From Mariprofundaceae bacterium (GTDB taxonomy: Bacteria; Pseudomonadota; Zetaproteobacteria; Mariprofundales; Mariprofundaceae), in NCBI GenBank assembly GCA_050302175.1, contig JBNLAN010000016.1:6957-70956 (forward strand): a stretch of DNA of 64,000 nt, read 5' to 3'. Numbering within the stretch: position 1 is the stretch's first letter; each line of letters opens with the position of its first letter. A program made the translations under genes and the position numbers. Under the pieces are notes generated by a model. It was given only the letters and a program-made list of their open reading frames with translations. It had not been told where the DNA came from and searched no databases. Positions 1 through 10,389 of the stretch are shown in pieces.

Positions 1-429
1 GGCCGGGCCAGAACAGGCCTTGGTGCTAAAAACCTGGTGATCAGCAAGCTTAGCCTGAAGGAGAAAGTTCATACTATTCGTTATGGTCGCAGGGGAACCC
101 TGATGACTGAGAAGCGCCATCAGCTTACCAATGAAGATATCGCTGATATTGCCAATTATGTGCAGTCTCTGGCGCGTAACGGAAACCCCAAGACAGGGGC
201 AAAACTCTACAGCAAGCTTTGCAAGTCCTGCCATGCCACCCCTTCAGCCATCAAGCTGATCGGTAATGCTGCCAGCAAGAAAACCATCATGGATCTGGAT
301 GACCACATGCTTGATCTTCGTATCCGCCACGGTCGCCATATCACACGTGCCGGCAACGACTTGAGTCATCACCTGACCGACGACAACACTCAGGATATCA
401 TTGAGTATTTGAGGCAAGAAACGAAGTGA
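1..429 (+). CDS. c-type cytochrome, 5'-truncated by the window edge
   Basis: Frame 1 is open from nt 1. A CKSCH (CxxCH haem-binding) motif sits in the second half. The TGA stop at 427-429 overlaps the GTG start of hemN (GTGA). Confidence 0.6.
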   Translation, partial: GRARTGLGAKNLVISKLSLKEKVHTIRYGRRGTLMTEKRHQLTNEDIADIANYVQSLARNGNPKTGAKLYSKLCKSCHATPSAIKLIGNAASKKTIMDLDDHMLDLRIRHGRHITRAGNDLSHHLTDDNTQDIIEYLRQETK

Positions 430-1847
430 GTAACCCTTCCAACGACACCCCTCGCCCACAGGCGGGGGGTGTTCCTGTTTTTGACACCGAGTTAATCAAG
501 AAATACGACAAGGCAGGACCGCGCTACACCTCCTATCCGACCGCTCCGATGTTTCATGAAAACATCAATGCCGAAACTTATTCGGAGACTTTAAAGCGTG
601 CGGCGACCTCCGATGCCCCGCTTTCGCTGTATGTGCATATCCCGTTTTGCGACACGGTTTGCTACTACTGCGGCTGTTTCAAAATTGTCACCAAGAATCG
701 TGAATTCACCCCGCCCTATCTAGATCATCTCGAGAAAGAGATGGATATGGTGGCAGCCCTTGTTGGCAAAAAGCGCCAGGTTACCCAGCTTCACTGGGGA
801 GGTGGTACACCCACCTTCTTAAACGATGACGAAATTCGGCGCCTGTTTAGCGGACTACGCGAGCGCTTTAACTTCGCAGCAAACGACAAAGGCGAATACA
901 GCATCGAGATTGATCCGCGCGAGTGCGGCCCCGACACCATCAAAGTACTGCGCGAAGTCGGCTTCAACCGCCTCTCCATGGGCGTGCAGGATATCGATCC
1001 AGTCGTGCAAAAAGCCGTAAACCGTATTCAACCGATCGAGACCACCCGGCGTGTGATAGAAGATGCCCGCAAGGAGGGCTTCTACTCGGTCAGCATCGAT
1101 TTGATGTACGGCCTACCGCTACAGACCATGGAACGCTTCGATGCCACGCTGGACCTGGTGATCGAGCTCTCTCCGGACCGGATAGCCCTGTTTAACTACG
1201 CACATCTGCCGCACATGTTTATGCCACAGCGTCGTATCAACGAGGCCGATATCCCGGCGCCAGAAGTGAAACTGGCGATTCTGGAGCACAGCATCAAAAA
1301 GTTACTGGCTGCCGGGTATGTATTCATCGGCATGGATCATTTCGCCAAACCGGATGATGAAATGGCTGTGGCTTTGCGCGAAGGTAAGCTACAGCGCAAT
1401 TTCCAGGGCTACTCCACGCATGCGGATGCCGACATGATCGGCTTTGGTATCTCATCCATCGGCTTTATCGAGGGCTCTTACTTCCAGAATGAGAAGGATC
1501 AGCAGCTCTATTACCAGAAGCTGGAGGATGGGGAGTTTCCCATCCAGCGTGGCTATACCCTCACTGATGAAGATCACCTTCGCCGTTTCGTGATTATGCG
1601 TTTGATGTGCGATTTCGGTCTGGATTTCTCAATGGTAGAAAAAGCTTTTGGAATCGATTTCAAGGCACACTTTACCGGAGAGCTTTCCGACCTGATTCCA
1701 ATGCAGGAAGACGGCCTGTTAAAACTGACAGATCGCGGCTTCAGCGTACTTCCCGCAGGCCGCCTGCTGATCCGCAATATAGCCATGGTATTCGATGAAC
1801 ATCTGCGTAAAAAGCAGGAAGAGGTTCGCTTCTCGAAAGTAATCTAA
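426..1847 (+). CDS. hemN: oxygen-independent coproporphyrinogen III oxidase (radical SAM)
   Basis: 473-aa ORF with a radical-SAM CxxxCxxC motif (CDTVCYYCGC). HemN-like blocks are present (YVHIPFC, WGGGTPTFL, full-length C-terminal domain). Confidence 0.93.
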   Translation: MSNPSNDTPRPQAGGVPVFDTELIKKYDKAGPRYTSYPTAPMFHENINAETYSETLKRAATSDAPLSLYVHIPFCDTVCYYCGCFKIVTKNREFTPPYLDHLEKEMDMVAALVGKKRQVTQLHWGGGTPTFLNDDEIRRLFSGLRERFNFAANDKGEYSIEIDPRECGPDTIKVLREVGFNRLSMGVQDIDPVVQKAVNRIQPIETTRRVIEDARKEGFYSVSIDLMYGLPLQTMERFDATLDLVIELSPDRIALFNYAHLPHMFMPQRRINEADIPAPEVKLAILEHSIKKLLAAGYVFIGMDHFAKPDDEMAVALREGKLQRNFQGYSTHADADMIGFGISSIGFIEGSYFQNEKDQQLYYQKLEDGEFPIQRGYTLTDEDHLRRFVIMRLMCDFGLDFSMVEKAFGIDFKAHFTGELSDLIPMQEDGLLKLTDRGFSVLPAGRLLIRNIAMVFDEHLRKKQEEVRFSKVI

Positions 1848-1862
1848 TAAAAAGTGACCATT

Positions 1863-1890
1863 AAAAAAGGAGCCAGATGGCTCCTTTTTT
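1863..1890. terminator. bidirectional rho-independent terminator between convergent hemN and icd
   Basis: Perfect hairpin aaaaaaggagcc-agat-ggctcctttttt, with an A-run on one side and a T-run on the other. Confidence 0.7.
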
Positions 1891-1910
1891 ATGAATCCCC
1901 TTGTGCGACC

Positions 1911-3650
1911 CTAATAACTTTTCCTGAATTCGGTGGCATGGCACTTTGGACAAGGCGGAATTCTCCCGGTTTTTTTAAAGTGCATCACATTGCCGCACGC
2001 CTTGCAGGTCAGCGTGCCGGCGCTAGTGATCTCACCTGAGCGGAAGTTCAAGGCTTTGTCCGCCTTATTGGCAATCGTATTGATCGCTTGTCCGGCAACA
2101 TTGAGCAGAGTGGTAATCGAAGATAAAGCTCCGGCGCTCAAGCGACCTATATTCAGGCGCTTGCTCGCCTCTTCGCGCATGGCATTAGCCGCCTGGCTGA
2201 AGTCCCGCTCAAGAAACAGCTTAAGATTATTCCCCTGCTCCTCAGTGAACTTGCCCGCGGCAGTCAACTGCTCACGTGCTTTCTCCATAGCCATTTGCAT
2301 GACTTCGGCACCCTTCTCGGTGCTTGACTCGTAGAGCTGACGGAAGCGTTCGGCCAGTTCGTCGTATTGCTCCTCCGGCGTGGCATCAATGAGACCATCC
2401 ATATGTGCGATGATGGCATCTCCAAATTCCGAAGTGGAAAGTTTGGCCGCACGCTCCATCAAACGCTCAAAGTCGTAGGTGACGGTCTTGGCAGCAATCG
2501 CACCATTAATTCCCTTCAGGATGAGGTCGGCCGCCTCAGTCCAGCCCATATAGCGCAGCATCATTTCGCCGGAAAGAATAACCGATGAGGGATTCACGAC
2601 ATTTTTGCCTGCATACTTCGGTGCCGTGCCGTGGGTCGCTTCGAAGATAGCGTGGCCGGTGTCGTAATTGATGTTGGCACCGGGTGCTATGCCGATACCG
2701 CCCACCTGCGCTGCCAGTGCATCGGAGAGGTAGTCGCCGTTTAGATTCAGCGTGGCGATGACGTCAAACTCTGTGGCGCGGGTAAGAACCTGCTGCAGTG
2801 CGATATCGGCAATCGCATCCTTGATGACGATGCCGTTCGGCAGCTCACACCACGGGCCGCCGTCGATCTCCTTGGCGCCGAACTCCTTCTTCGCCAGTTC
2901 ATAACCCCAGTTACGGAAGCCGCCCTCGGTGAACTTCATGATATTGCCTTTATGCACCAACGTCACCGACTTGCGATTGGTATCGATCGCGTACTGGATG
3001 GCAGCGCGAACCAGGCGCTCGGTGCCCTCCTGCGATACCGGCTTGATGCCGATGCCGGAGCTCTCAGGAAACCGAATCTTGGTGACACCCATCTCCTTCT
3101 GCAGGAAATCGATCACCTTCTTCACTTCCTTGGAGCCCGCCGCCCACTCAATGCCGGCATAGATATCCTCGGAATTCTCGCGAAAAATAACCATATCGAC
3201 ATCTTCCGGCTTCTTGACCGGGCTTGGCACGCCGGTGAAATACTTGACCGGGCGCAGGCAAGTGTAGAGATCGAGCTTCTGGCGCAGGGCAACATTGAGC
3301 GAGGTGATACCACCACCAATCGGCGTAGTCAGTGGTCCTTTGATGCCGATCAGATATTCGCTGAAGGCATCCAGCGTCTCCTGAGGCAGCCAGGCATCGT
3401 CATTCTTGCCATACATATTCCAGGACTTCTCGCCTGCAAAGACTTCCATCCAGGCAATTTTTCGTTTGCCTCCATAGGCTTTTTCCACGGAAGCATCCAA
3501 AACGCGTTGTGAGGCGGCCCAGATATCGGGGCCTGTGCCATCACCCTCGATAAAGGTGACAATCGGCTGCGTGGGAACCTGCAGCTTGCCATCAGCCCCC
3601 ATGCTAATTTTTTCGCCGAACTCCGGCATCCTGATTTTGTCAAAGCTCAT
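1911..3650 (-). CDS. icd: NADP-dependent isocitrate dehydrogenase fused to a C-terminal zinc-ribbon (DUF1451-like) domain
   Basis: The first ~415 aa follow the E. coli-type Icd pattern end to end ([77 protein letters not shown]). ATG 3650 is preceded by GGGAG, whereas the ORF-track start 3662 is a TTG. The ORF then continues ~165 aa and ends in CKACG...[11 protein letters not shown]. Confidence 0.9.
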   Translation of the reverse strand: MSFDKIRMPEFGEKISMGADGKLQVPTQPIVTFIEGDGTGPDIWAASQRVLDASVEKAYGGKRKIAWMEVFAGEKSWNMYGKNDDAWLPQETLDAFSEYLIGIKGPLTTPIGGGITSLNVALRQKLDLYTCLRPVKYFTGVPSPVKKPEDVDMVIFRENSEDIYAGIEWAAGSKEVKKVIDFLQKEMGVTKIRFPESSGIGIKPVSQEGTERLVRAAIQYAIDTNRKSVTLVHKGNIMKFTEGGFRNWGYELAKKEFGAKEIDGGPWCELPNGIVIKDAIADIALQQVLTRATEFDVIATLNLNGDYLSDALAAQVGGIGIAPGANINYDTGHAIFEATHGTAPKYAGKNVVNPSSVILSGEMMLRYMGWTEAADLILKGINGAIAAKTVTYDFERLMERAAKLSTSEFGDAIIAHMDGLIDATPEEQYDELAERFRQLYESSTEKGAEVMQMAMEKAREQLTAAGKFTEEQGNNLKLFLERDFSQAANAMREEASKRLNIGRLSAGALSSITTLLNVAGQAINTIANKADKALNFRSGEITSAGTLTCKACGNVMHFKKTGRIPPCPKCHATEFRKSY

Positions 3651-3683
3651 GGCTGCTCCCAACGATAAATAGTACTGTGGCGA

Positions 3684-3971
3684 TTACTTCGAATCGGAAA
3701 CCTGTTTCAGGTGTGCTGCTTTTTGCGCTTTCAGCTTGGCGCGAATGGCCAAAGCCCGGGCCTTCTCATATTGTTGCAATTCGATGGCTTCGGAAGCTTC
3801 CTGCAATGCCTGCTCTGCGCTCTTCAGCTCCCGGTCGGCAGGTACTGATGACTTGTCAATGGCCTGAGCGGTCTCAACCGCTGTGCGGGCCTCGGCCATC
3901 TCCTGCACTGGCGGCTTGGCGCCGCACGAAGCAAGAAACATCAGTACAGTTGCAAGAATCAGCGTTCTCAA
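3684..3971 (-). CDS. small lipoprotein, DUF4398-like
   Basis: TTG start preceded by GGAGG. Signal peptide plus lipobox (LMFLASC), followed by an Ala/Glu/Lys-rich helical body typical of DUF4398 as I recall it. Confidence 0.6.
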   Translation of the reverse strand: MRTLILATVLMFLASCGAKPPVQEMAEARTAVETAQAIDKSSVPADRELKSAEQALQEASEAIELQQYEKARALAIRAKLKAQKAAHLKQVSDSK

Positions 3972-4056
3972 TAGAGCCTCCGGCAGGCTTCATCTTTACC
4001 CAACTGAATCATTAGCCGTATCTTCTGTAAAGTCAAAGGATGATGTAATGCGTTTG

Positions 4057-5850
4057 CTACTCAGGCTTATCTACGGAAACCTGGCGGCGCTTACGCAGAC
4101 CCAGCTCCTTCAACTGTGTCTCACTTACTTCAGATGGCGATTCACACATCAGGTCGGATGCCTTCTGGGTTTTCGGAAATGCAATCACATCACGAATCGA
4201 ATCCGCACCAGTCATCAGAGCTAACACGCGATCCAAACCAAATGCCAAGCCTCCATGTGGTGGTGCGCCATACTGCAGCGCTTTGATCAGGAAACCAAAC
4301 TTCTGCTCGGCTTCTGCTTCGGAAATACCAAGCAACGAGAACACTTTCTGCTGCATGGCCGGATCATGAATACGGATCGAGCCGCCGCCAATCTCGGTGC
4401 CATTCCAGACCAGGTCATAGGCGACCGAACGTACATCCAGCGGATCAGAATCGAGCTTGAGCAGGTCTTCGGGGTTGGGTGAAGTGAACGGATGGTGCAA
4501 TGCCTCCAGACGCTTCTCATCAGCATTCCAGCCAAACATCGGGAAATCGACCACCCAGACAAAGCGGTTATCTCCCTTTTTGATCAAGCCAAGATCGTGC
4601 CCGATCTTCACGCGCAGATGACCAAGTGAGTCGTTGACCACCTTGGTATCTCCGGCCCCAAAAAACAGCAAGTCACCGTTTTCAGCCCCGGAACGCTCAA
4701 GAATTTCAGCCAGAATGTTTTCCGGTAAAAATTTCACGATGGGTGACTGCAGGCCATCCGGCAGGTTCGAATTATCGTTAACCTTGATCCATGCCAGCCC
4801 CTTGGCGCCAAAGATGGAAACATAGTTGGTGTAGTCGTCGATCTGTTTACGGGAGAGCTCGCCGCCATTCGGTACGCGCATTACTTTGATCAGCCCACCT
4901 TTGTCGGCAGGTTCGCGGAATACCTTGAATTCCACCTGCTTCATCAGGTCAGTGATGTTCAGATGTTCCAGTCCGAAGCGCACATCCGGACGGTCAAGGC
5001 CGTAGCGCTCCATAGCATCGTGCCAGGTGAGACGATTAAACGGGACAGAGAGCTTTTCTCCGGTTCCAGCCTCGAACATGGCGCAGATCAGCCCTTCCGC
5101 CAGCGCCATCACCTCTTCCTGGCCAACGAATGACATTTCGAGATCCACCTGAGTAAATTCCGGTTGGCGATCAGCACGCAGGTCTTCATCGCGGAAACAG
5201 CGAGCGATCTGATAGTAGCGCTCCATGCCGGAAACCATCAGCAGCTGTTTGAATATCTGCGGGCTCTGCGGTAATGCATAGAAGGAGCCGGGATACACAC
5301 GGGATGGCACCAGATAATCGCGGGCGCCTTCCGGGGTGGATTTGTTCAGGATCGGAGTCTCGACATCGAGAAACTCCTGCGAATCAAGAAAAGTCCGTGC
5401 CGCATGCGTCACCTTGTGGCGCAGAATCATGTTCTTCTGCATTTTCGGGCGACGCAGATCGAGATATCGATACTCAAGGCGCGCCTGCTCACCTACATCG
5501 CAATCATCCTCAATCATGAATGGCGGGGTCTCCGAGCGATTGAGCACGGTCAGGCAAGATGCCTTCACTTCGATTTCACCGGTGGGGAGTTTGGTGTTTA
5601 CGGTTTCCGCACTGCGTGCAATCACTTCGCCTTCAACGCTGATTACATCCTGCTGGCGCAGGCTGTGTGCAAGCTTATGTTCGGCGGCGGTATCGGGGTG
5701 CACCACAACCTGCACAACACCTGAGCGGTCACGGATATCAAGGAAAATCACGCCACCATGGTCACGATTGGTTTGTACCCAACCGGAAAGCATGGCTTTC
5801 TTGCCGATGTCGCTCTTACGAAATGCTCCGCAATTGGTGCGCTGGGACAT
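4057..5850 (-). CDS. aspS: aspartate--tRNA ligase
   Basis: 597 aa with an N-terminal OB fold ([22 protein letters not shown]). Class II catalytic core with the bacterial insertion domain, and GGGSIRIH / [12 protein letters not shown] motifs. Confidence 0.95.
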   Translation of the reverse strand: MSQRTNCGAFRKSDIGKKAMLSGWVQTNRDHGGVIFLDIRDRSGVVQVVVHPDTAAEHKLAHSLRQQDVISVEGEVIARSAETVNTKLPTGEIEVKASCLTVLNRSETPPFMIEDDCDVGEQARLEYRYLDLRRPKMQKNMILRHKVTHAARTFLDSQEFLDVETPILNKSTPEGARDYLVPSRVYPGSFYALPQSPQIFKQLLMVSGMERYYQIARCFRDEDLRADRQPEFTQVDLEMSFVGQEEVMALAEGLICAMFEAGTGEKLSVPFNRLTWHDAMERYGLDRPDVRFGLEHLNITDLMKQVEFKVFREPADKGGLIKVMRVPNGGELSRKQIDDYTNYVSIFGAKGLAWIKVNDNSNLPDGLQSPIVKFLPENILAEILERSGAENGDLLFFGAGDTKVVNDSLGHLRVKIGHDLGLIKKGDNRFVWVVDFPMFGWNADEKRLEALHHPFTSPNPEDLLKLDSDPLDVRSVAYDLVWNGTEIGGGSIRIHDPAMQQKVFSLLGISEAEAEQKFGFLIKALQYGAPPHGGLAFGLDRVLALMTGADSIRDVIAFPKTQKASDLMCESPSEVSETQLKELGLRKRRQVSVDKPE

Positions 5851-5945
5851 GCTGTTCAGACCTCCGTGCTTAAGCCCGGGCAGACTAGCGTCCGCGCCGT
5901 CAACTGCAAGGAATTTCCTTGTGTTTTTGGTCTATTCACAGTCCT

Positions 5946-7064
5946 TCAGGTAAGCTCCGAGATCATTTTCACGACCCTGCCCAGTTGCGACTCCGACAAA
6001 TAAAAGTGCGGTGAAAAGCGCACGCCGCCGAAGCGTTGCACACACAGCACCCCACGCTTCTGAAAATAACGGTGCAGGTCTGCCGCATCGAGATTGCGAT
6101 GGCGAAAGGTGACAATGCCAGCAAAGCGCCCTTCCGATTCAGGCGTAATGAGTTCCAGTACAGGTGACTCGCCAATCGCGCGCATCAAAACACGTACACA
6201 GGCAAGCACACGGGCTTCCACCTTTTCCATCCCCTCCTCCTCCAGCAGGGAGAGGCTGGCATTCAGGGCATGGATACCAAGCATGTTTGGGCTGCCGGGC
6301 TCAAAGCGGCTTGCATTTTTGGAAATTTCCCAGTCGGTGCGATCAAAATCACCTTTTCGCTCCACCATGTGCCAACCATACTGCGTCAGGCTGAGCTGTT
6401 CGCGCGCTTGCGATGATGAGTAGAAAACACCCAGTCCCTCCGGGGCCAGCATCCATTTGTGCCCATCTGCCACCACAAAGTCGGCATGGCAGGCCAGTGC
6501 ATCGAAGCAAATAGCGCCGAGCGACTGGATCGCATCCACACAAAACAGCACCCCACGCTCTCTACAAGCCTCACCAAGCCGCTGTAAGTCCAGGCGCAGG
6601 CCGGTGGCAAACTGTACGGATGAGATGGTTAGCAGACGAGTGTGCTCGTCGATGGCTGCGATGAGAGAGCTTTCCGGGTCGAGACCGGACACATCGACCT
6701 GCCTGAATTCAACCCCTTTTGCTGCCAGAGATTCCCAGACAATACGGTTGGAGGGGAACTCCTGATTACTGGAAACCACATTCTCTCCTGTCTGCCACTG
6801 CAGGCCGTAGGCAACAAAAGAGAGCCCCTCCGAGGTGTTTTTCACCAGGGCGATATCGTCCGCGCTCTCGGCATTTAGCAGGTGCTTCAGGCGCGTACGT
6901 AACTCGCGCTCCACGTTGAGCCACTGCATGAAATATTTTGAGCTATAGCGGATATTTTCTTCAGAGAATGCAGTGATCGCCTGCAAGGTGCGCCGGGGCC
7001 ATGGCGCCACCGCAGCGTTGTTCAAGTGGATCAGTTCTTCATCGAGATGAAATTCGGGATGCAT
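5946..7064 (-). CDS. class V aminotransferase-fold PLP enzyme (cysteine desulfurase/IscS-like superfamily)
   Basis: 372 aa with a class-V pattern and a probable PLP-lysine in ADGHKWMLAPEG. Substrate not assignable. Confidence 0.75.
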   Translation of the reverse strand: MHPEFHLDEELIHLNNAAVAPWPRRTLQAITAFSEENIRYSSKYFMQWLNVERELRTRLKHLLNAESADDIALVKNTSEGLSFVAYGLQWQTGENVVSSNQEFPSNRIVWESLAAKGVEFRQVDVSGLDPESSLIAAIDEHTRLLTISSVQFATGLRLDLQRLGEACRERGVLFCVDAIQSLGAICFDALACHADFVVADGHKWMLAPEGLGVFYSSSQAREQLSLTQYGWHMVERKGDFDRTDWEISKNASRFEPGSPNMLGIHALNASLSLLEEEGMEKVEARVLACVRVLMRAIGESPVLELITPESEGRFAGIVTFRHRNLDAADLHRYFQKRGVLCVQRFGGVRFSPHFYLSESQLGRVVKMISELT

Positions 7065-7121
7065 CGTGTTCCCCGTGACAAAAGCAAAGAGCCTGTTGCC
7101 AGGCTCTTTGCAGATTCTTAT

Positions 7122-7499
7122 CTATTCGTCCGTCTTCGGTTTCGCAGCGGCTTTTTTCGCGGCCGGTTTGCGGGCAGGAGCTGCTTTTTTGGCAGGGGTG
7201 CTTTCCGCAGGCGCGGAGTGCGCAGCCTCCGCCGGCCAGTCGGCAAACGGGAAAGGTTTGCTGTTGCTAACATAGGTCAGATACCGAACAATTTGATAGA
7301 CATAGTCGGATAACTGTCTGCCAAAATCGAGCAGGCGCGCATTGGCGCGTCCGGTAAACAGTGTGAGCAGGAACTGCAGTGCAACCAAAATAAACAGCAC
7401 GATCTCTGCCACGTAGAAGAACAGGCCGAACATCAGCATGTAGATCAGTCGCATCCAGATTTCGACGTCTTTCAGGTTTTCCTTTACATCATCTGACAT
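7122..7499 (-). CDS. DUF4389-like membrane protein with Lys/Ala-rich tail
   Basis: ATG 7499 is preceded by GAGGTG. Two TM helices, then RLLDFGRQLSDYVYQIVRYLTYVSNSKPFPFADWP (the DUF4389 pattern as I recall it). The tail is PAKKAAPARKPAAKKAAAKPK. Confidence 0.65.
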   Translation of the reverse strand: MSDDVKENLKDVEIWMRLIYMLMFGLFFYVAEIVLFILVALQFLLTLFTGRANARLLDFGRQLSDYVYQIVRYLTYVSNSKPFPFADWPAEAAHSAPAESTPAKKAAPARKPAAKKAAAKPKTDE

Positions 7500-7536
7500 T
7501 ATGTCACCTCGTATCATTGAATTTATATCCGGGATT

Positions 7537-9537
7537 CTAGCCCAGTAGCGGTGCAATCACCAGACTCACAATCGCCATCACATTGATCAGAATGTTCATG
7601 GAGGGGCCGGAAGTATCTTTGAAAGGGTCCCCCACCGTATCCCCCACAACCGCAGCCTTATGCACTTCCGAGCCTTTGCCGCCGTGGTTTCCGTGTTCGA
7701 CATACTTCTTGGCATTATCCCAGGCCCCCCCGGAATTTGCCATGGTGAGGGCGAGCAACACACAGCCTACGAGAGCCCCGCCCAGCATGCCACCCAGAGC
7801 AGCAGGGCCAATGCCGAAACCGACAACTACAGGCGCTGTCACAGCCAACACGCCCGGCAAAATCATGCGCTTAAGTGCCGCTGTGGTCGCAATATCGATA
7901 CAGCGTGCGTGGTCCGGTGTACCGGTGCCCTCCATCAAGCCGGGAATTTCGTGAAACTGACGACGAATCTCCTTAATCATATCGAAAGCGGCATCGCCGA
8001 CCGCGGTCATGGTCATGGCTGCCACCCAGAACGGAAACACGCCACCGACAAAAATGCCGATCAGTACCAGCGGATTATTCAGCTCCAGGCTGAAGCCACT
8101 GTTGTGCAACGAGACTGTCTGTACATAAGCGCTGATGATCGCCAGCGCAGCAAGTGCAGCAGCCCCGATGGCAAAGCCTTTACCGATAGCCGCAGTGGTG
8201 TTGCCGAGCTCATCCAGCGAATCGGTAATCTTGCGGGTTTCCGCGCCCATGCCGGCCATTTCGGCAATACCGCCAGCGTTGTCAGCCACCGGACCATAGG
8301 CATCGATGGCCATGGTAATACCCACCGTGGCAAGCATGCCGACCGCCGCGATACCAACGCCGTAGAGGCCACAAAGCGTTGTGGAAACATAGATAATGGC
8401 GCAAATAGTGAACATCGGGATCACTACCGACTGCATGCCGACTGCCAGGCCCGTAATCATCACAGTCGCAGGCCCGGTTTCGCCGGAGAGCGCGATACGG
8501 CGAACAGGTGGCCCACCCGTGTAGTACTCGGTAATCATGCCGATAACCACGCCACCACCGGCTCCCGATACAACAGCCCACCAGATATCGCTGGAGACGC
8601 CCACCCATGCATCTACAAACCAGGCCATAGTGATAAACAAAACCGATGCGCCGATCGTACCAATACGCAGCGCCGTTTGCGGTCTTTGCGTAGAGAAAAT
8701 GCGCACCAGCCCGATGCCTGCAATCGAACAGATCAATCCGGTTGCTGCCAGCGCCAGCGGCAGGAACATCAGCGCCTGCTGTGTACCCAAAGGATCAAGT
8801 GCATCCGCCGTCATGGTCGAGGCGATAGCGATAGTGGCGATCATGGCACCGCAATAGGACTCGAAGATGTCCGAGCCCATGCCGGCCACATCGCCGACAT
8901 TATCGCCGACGTTATCGGCAATCACACCTGGGTTGCGGGGATCATCTTCGGGAATTCCGGCTTCGACCTTACCGACCAGGTCAGCACCAACATCCGCGCT
9001 CTTGGTGAAAATACCGCCGCCCACACGCGAGAAGAGCGCTACCGACGAGGCTCCCATGCCGAAGCCGTGAATAGCATGGGCGGTTTCAGGATCGCCGCCG
9101 AAGAAAAGATAGAGCGTGCCAAGCCCCACTAACCCCAAAGAGGCCACAGTGAGCCCCATGATGGAGCCGCCGAAGAAGGCGATATCGAGTGCTGCCGCTG
9201 TACCTTCGTTTTGCGCAGCAATGGCTGTGCGTACATTGGCCTTGGTCGCTGAGAACATGCCGAAATACCCGGCCAGAGCCGAGCAGCCTGCACCGGCCAG
9301 AAATGCGATGGTGGTGTTTATGCCCAGATAGTAGGCGAGGAATGCAGCAACAACGACAACAAAAATACCAAGTATGGAATATTCGCGTTTGAGGAAAATC
9401 ATCGCGCCGAGATGAATCGCACCGGCAATTTCGGTGACTTTTCCCTCACCTGCCGGATATTTTTTTACGATCCAGTAAAGAAAAAATGCTGTGACCAAAC
9501 CAAACAGGCCGAGAATAACCGGAATTCCGTGCGCCAT
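7537..9537 (-). CDS. hppA: membrane-bound cation-translocating pyrophosphatase
   Basis: 666-aa polytopic protein with [23 protein letters not shown] and DTVGDPFKD signatures. ATG 9537 is preceded by GGGAGGA. Confidence 0.95.
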   Translation of the reverse strand: MAHGIPVILGLFGLVTAFFLYWIVKKYPAGEGKVTEIAGAIHLGAMIFLKREYSILGIFVVVVAAFLAYYLGINTTIAFLAGAGCSALAGYFGMFSATKANVRTAIAAQNEGTAAALDIAFFGGSIMGLTVASLGLVGLGTLYLFFGGDPETAHAIHGFGMGASSVALFSRVGGGIFTKSADVGADLVGKVEAGIPEDDPRNPGVIADNVGDNVGDVAGMGSDIFESYCGAMIATIAIASTMTADALDPLGTQQALMFLPLALAATGLICSIAGIGLVRIFSTQRPQTALRIGTIGASVLFITMAWFVDAWVGVSSDIWWAVVSGAGGGVVIGMITEYYTGGPPVRRIALSGETGPATVMITGLAVGMQSVVIPMFTICAIIYVSTTLCGLYGVGIAAVGMLATVGITMAIDAYGPVADNAGGIAEMAGMGAETRKITDSLDELGNTTAAIGKGFAIGAAALAALAIISAYVQTVSLHNSGFSLELNNPLVLIGIFVGGVFPFWVAAMTMTAVGDAAFDMIKEIRRQFHEIPGLMEGTGTPDHARCIDIATTAALKRMILPGVLAVTAPVVVGFGIGPAALGGMLGGALVGCVLLALTMANSGGAWDNAKKYVEHGNHGGKGSEVHKAAVVGDTVGDPFKDTSGPSMNILINVMAIVSLVIAPLLG

Positions 9538-9566
9538 AAGTCCTCCCTTATATTGCGGTTATGCCC

Positions 9567-9594
9567 ACTTTAGGTCGGGCGCTTTTCACGTCAA
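9567..9594 (-). promoter_or_regulatory. sigma70-like promoter upstream of hppA (TTGACG-16 nt-TAAAGT)
   Basis: On the minus strand, -35 TTGACG (9594-9589) and -10 TAAAGT (9572-9567) lie ~30 nt upstream of the hppA ATG. A near-identical copy lies at 11718-11745. Confidence 0.45.
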
Positions 9595-9620
9595 GAGAAA
9601 GCTCCTATTTGCGCCTGAGC

Positions 9621-10364
9621 CTATTTCGCCACTTCGCGGTCGCGCTTTTCAATCGCAGCTTCTGCTTGCCGCTTGTACTCCACCAATTCGTTCATACGAG
9701 AACTGTCAGGAAAACGCTCTATCATCTCATTCACGGTTTCCAGATATTTGTCGTAATCTTTCTGTTCTACATAATTACCTAACAAAACCTCATAGGTTTG
9801 CCACTCATAGTCCGGATTATCGACTGGCTGCGACCCCGCATTGGCTATTTCAAGCTCTTTTTTCAGTGCGCGTTGTTTAATGTCTGGCGGTGACAGAACA
9901 TCATCAGCCATTGTCCCCAACATTTCACGTGTTAAATGAGCCGGAGCATCAGGGACTTCATCCAAATCAAGGGCTTTGCGCCGATTGGCCTGATATTCTT
10001 TGATTAACGCCTGATTCTCAGGAGCATCAAGATGATATGTTTTACCTTCTTTCACAAGATCAAACTGATACAGACCTCGTTTTAAACGCCCTAACTCTCC
10101 TAATACCCACCAAACAACAGGATCATTTCCATGTTGCGCAGTAAATGCATCGGCCTCGTTGCTACGTTTGATCAATAAGTTTCTCATCTCCGGAGTAACG
10201 GCTCGATATGCGTATGTTGTCGTTCCAGCTTCATCAATTGGAGTTTTTGACAATTCAGCCAAGGCTTCTCGCTTCCAAAGCAGATATGCATCATCAATTT
10301 GCGCCGCTATTTCCAATGGCCAAATCAACAATGATAAAATTAATATGCGTTTCAATATTTTCAT
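9621..10364 (-). CDS. hypothetical secreted protein
   Basis: 247-aa ORF with an N-terminal signal peptide (LILSLLIWPLEIAAQ). The gene is visibly AT-richer than its neighbours. No family recognised. Confidence 0.5.
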   Translation of the reverse strand: MKILKRILILSLLIWPLEIAAQIDDAYLLWKREALAELSKTPIDEAGTTTYAYRAVTPEMRNLLIKRSNEADAFTAQHGNDPVVWWVLGELGRLKRGLYQFDLVKEGKTYHLDAPENQALIKEYQANRRKALDLDEVPDAPAHLTREMLGTMADDVLSPPDIKQRALKKELEIANAGSQPVDNPDYEWQTYEVLLGNYVEQKDYDKYLETVNEMIERFPDSSRMNELVEYKRQAEAAIEKRDREVAK

Positions 10365-10389
10365 CTGTGATTCCCTATTGTCGAATCAG

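Noticed and set aside
1854-2039. 61-aa plus-strand ORF starting in the hemN/icd terminator.
   Set aside because: It overlaps the terminator hairpin and the 3' end of icd in antisense. No SD is present.
3975-3992. Hairpin aagcct-gccgg-aggctt downstream of aspS.
   Set aside because: It has no T-tract and overlaps the SD (GGAGG) of the DUF4398 lipoprotein gene. It is not convincing as a terminator.
7660-9132. 490-aa plus-strand ORF.
   Set aside because: It lies entirely antisense to hppA. Its composition (Arg/His/Ala/Gly-rich, low complexity) is typical of a shadow ORF in a GC-rich gene. It has no SD and no recognisable motif.
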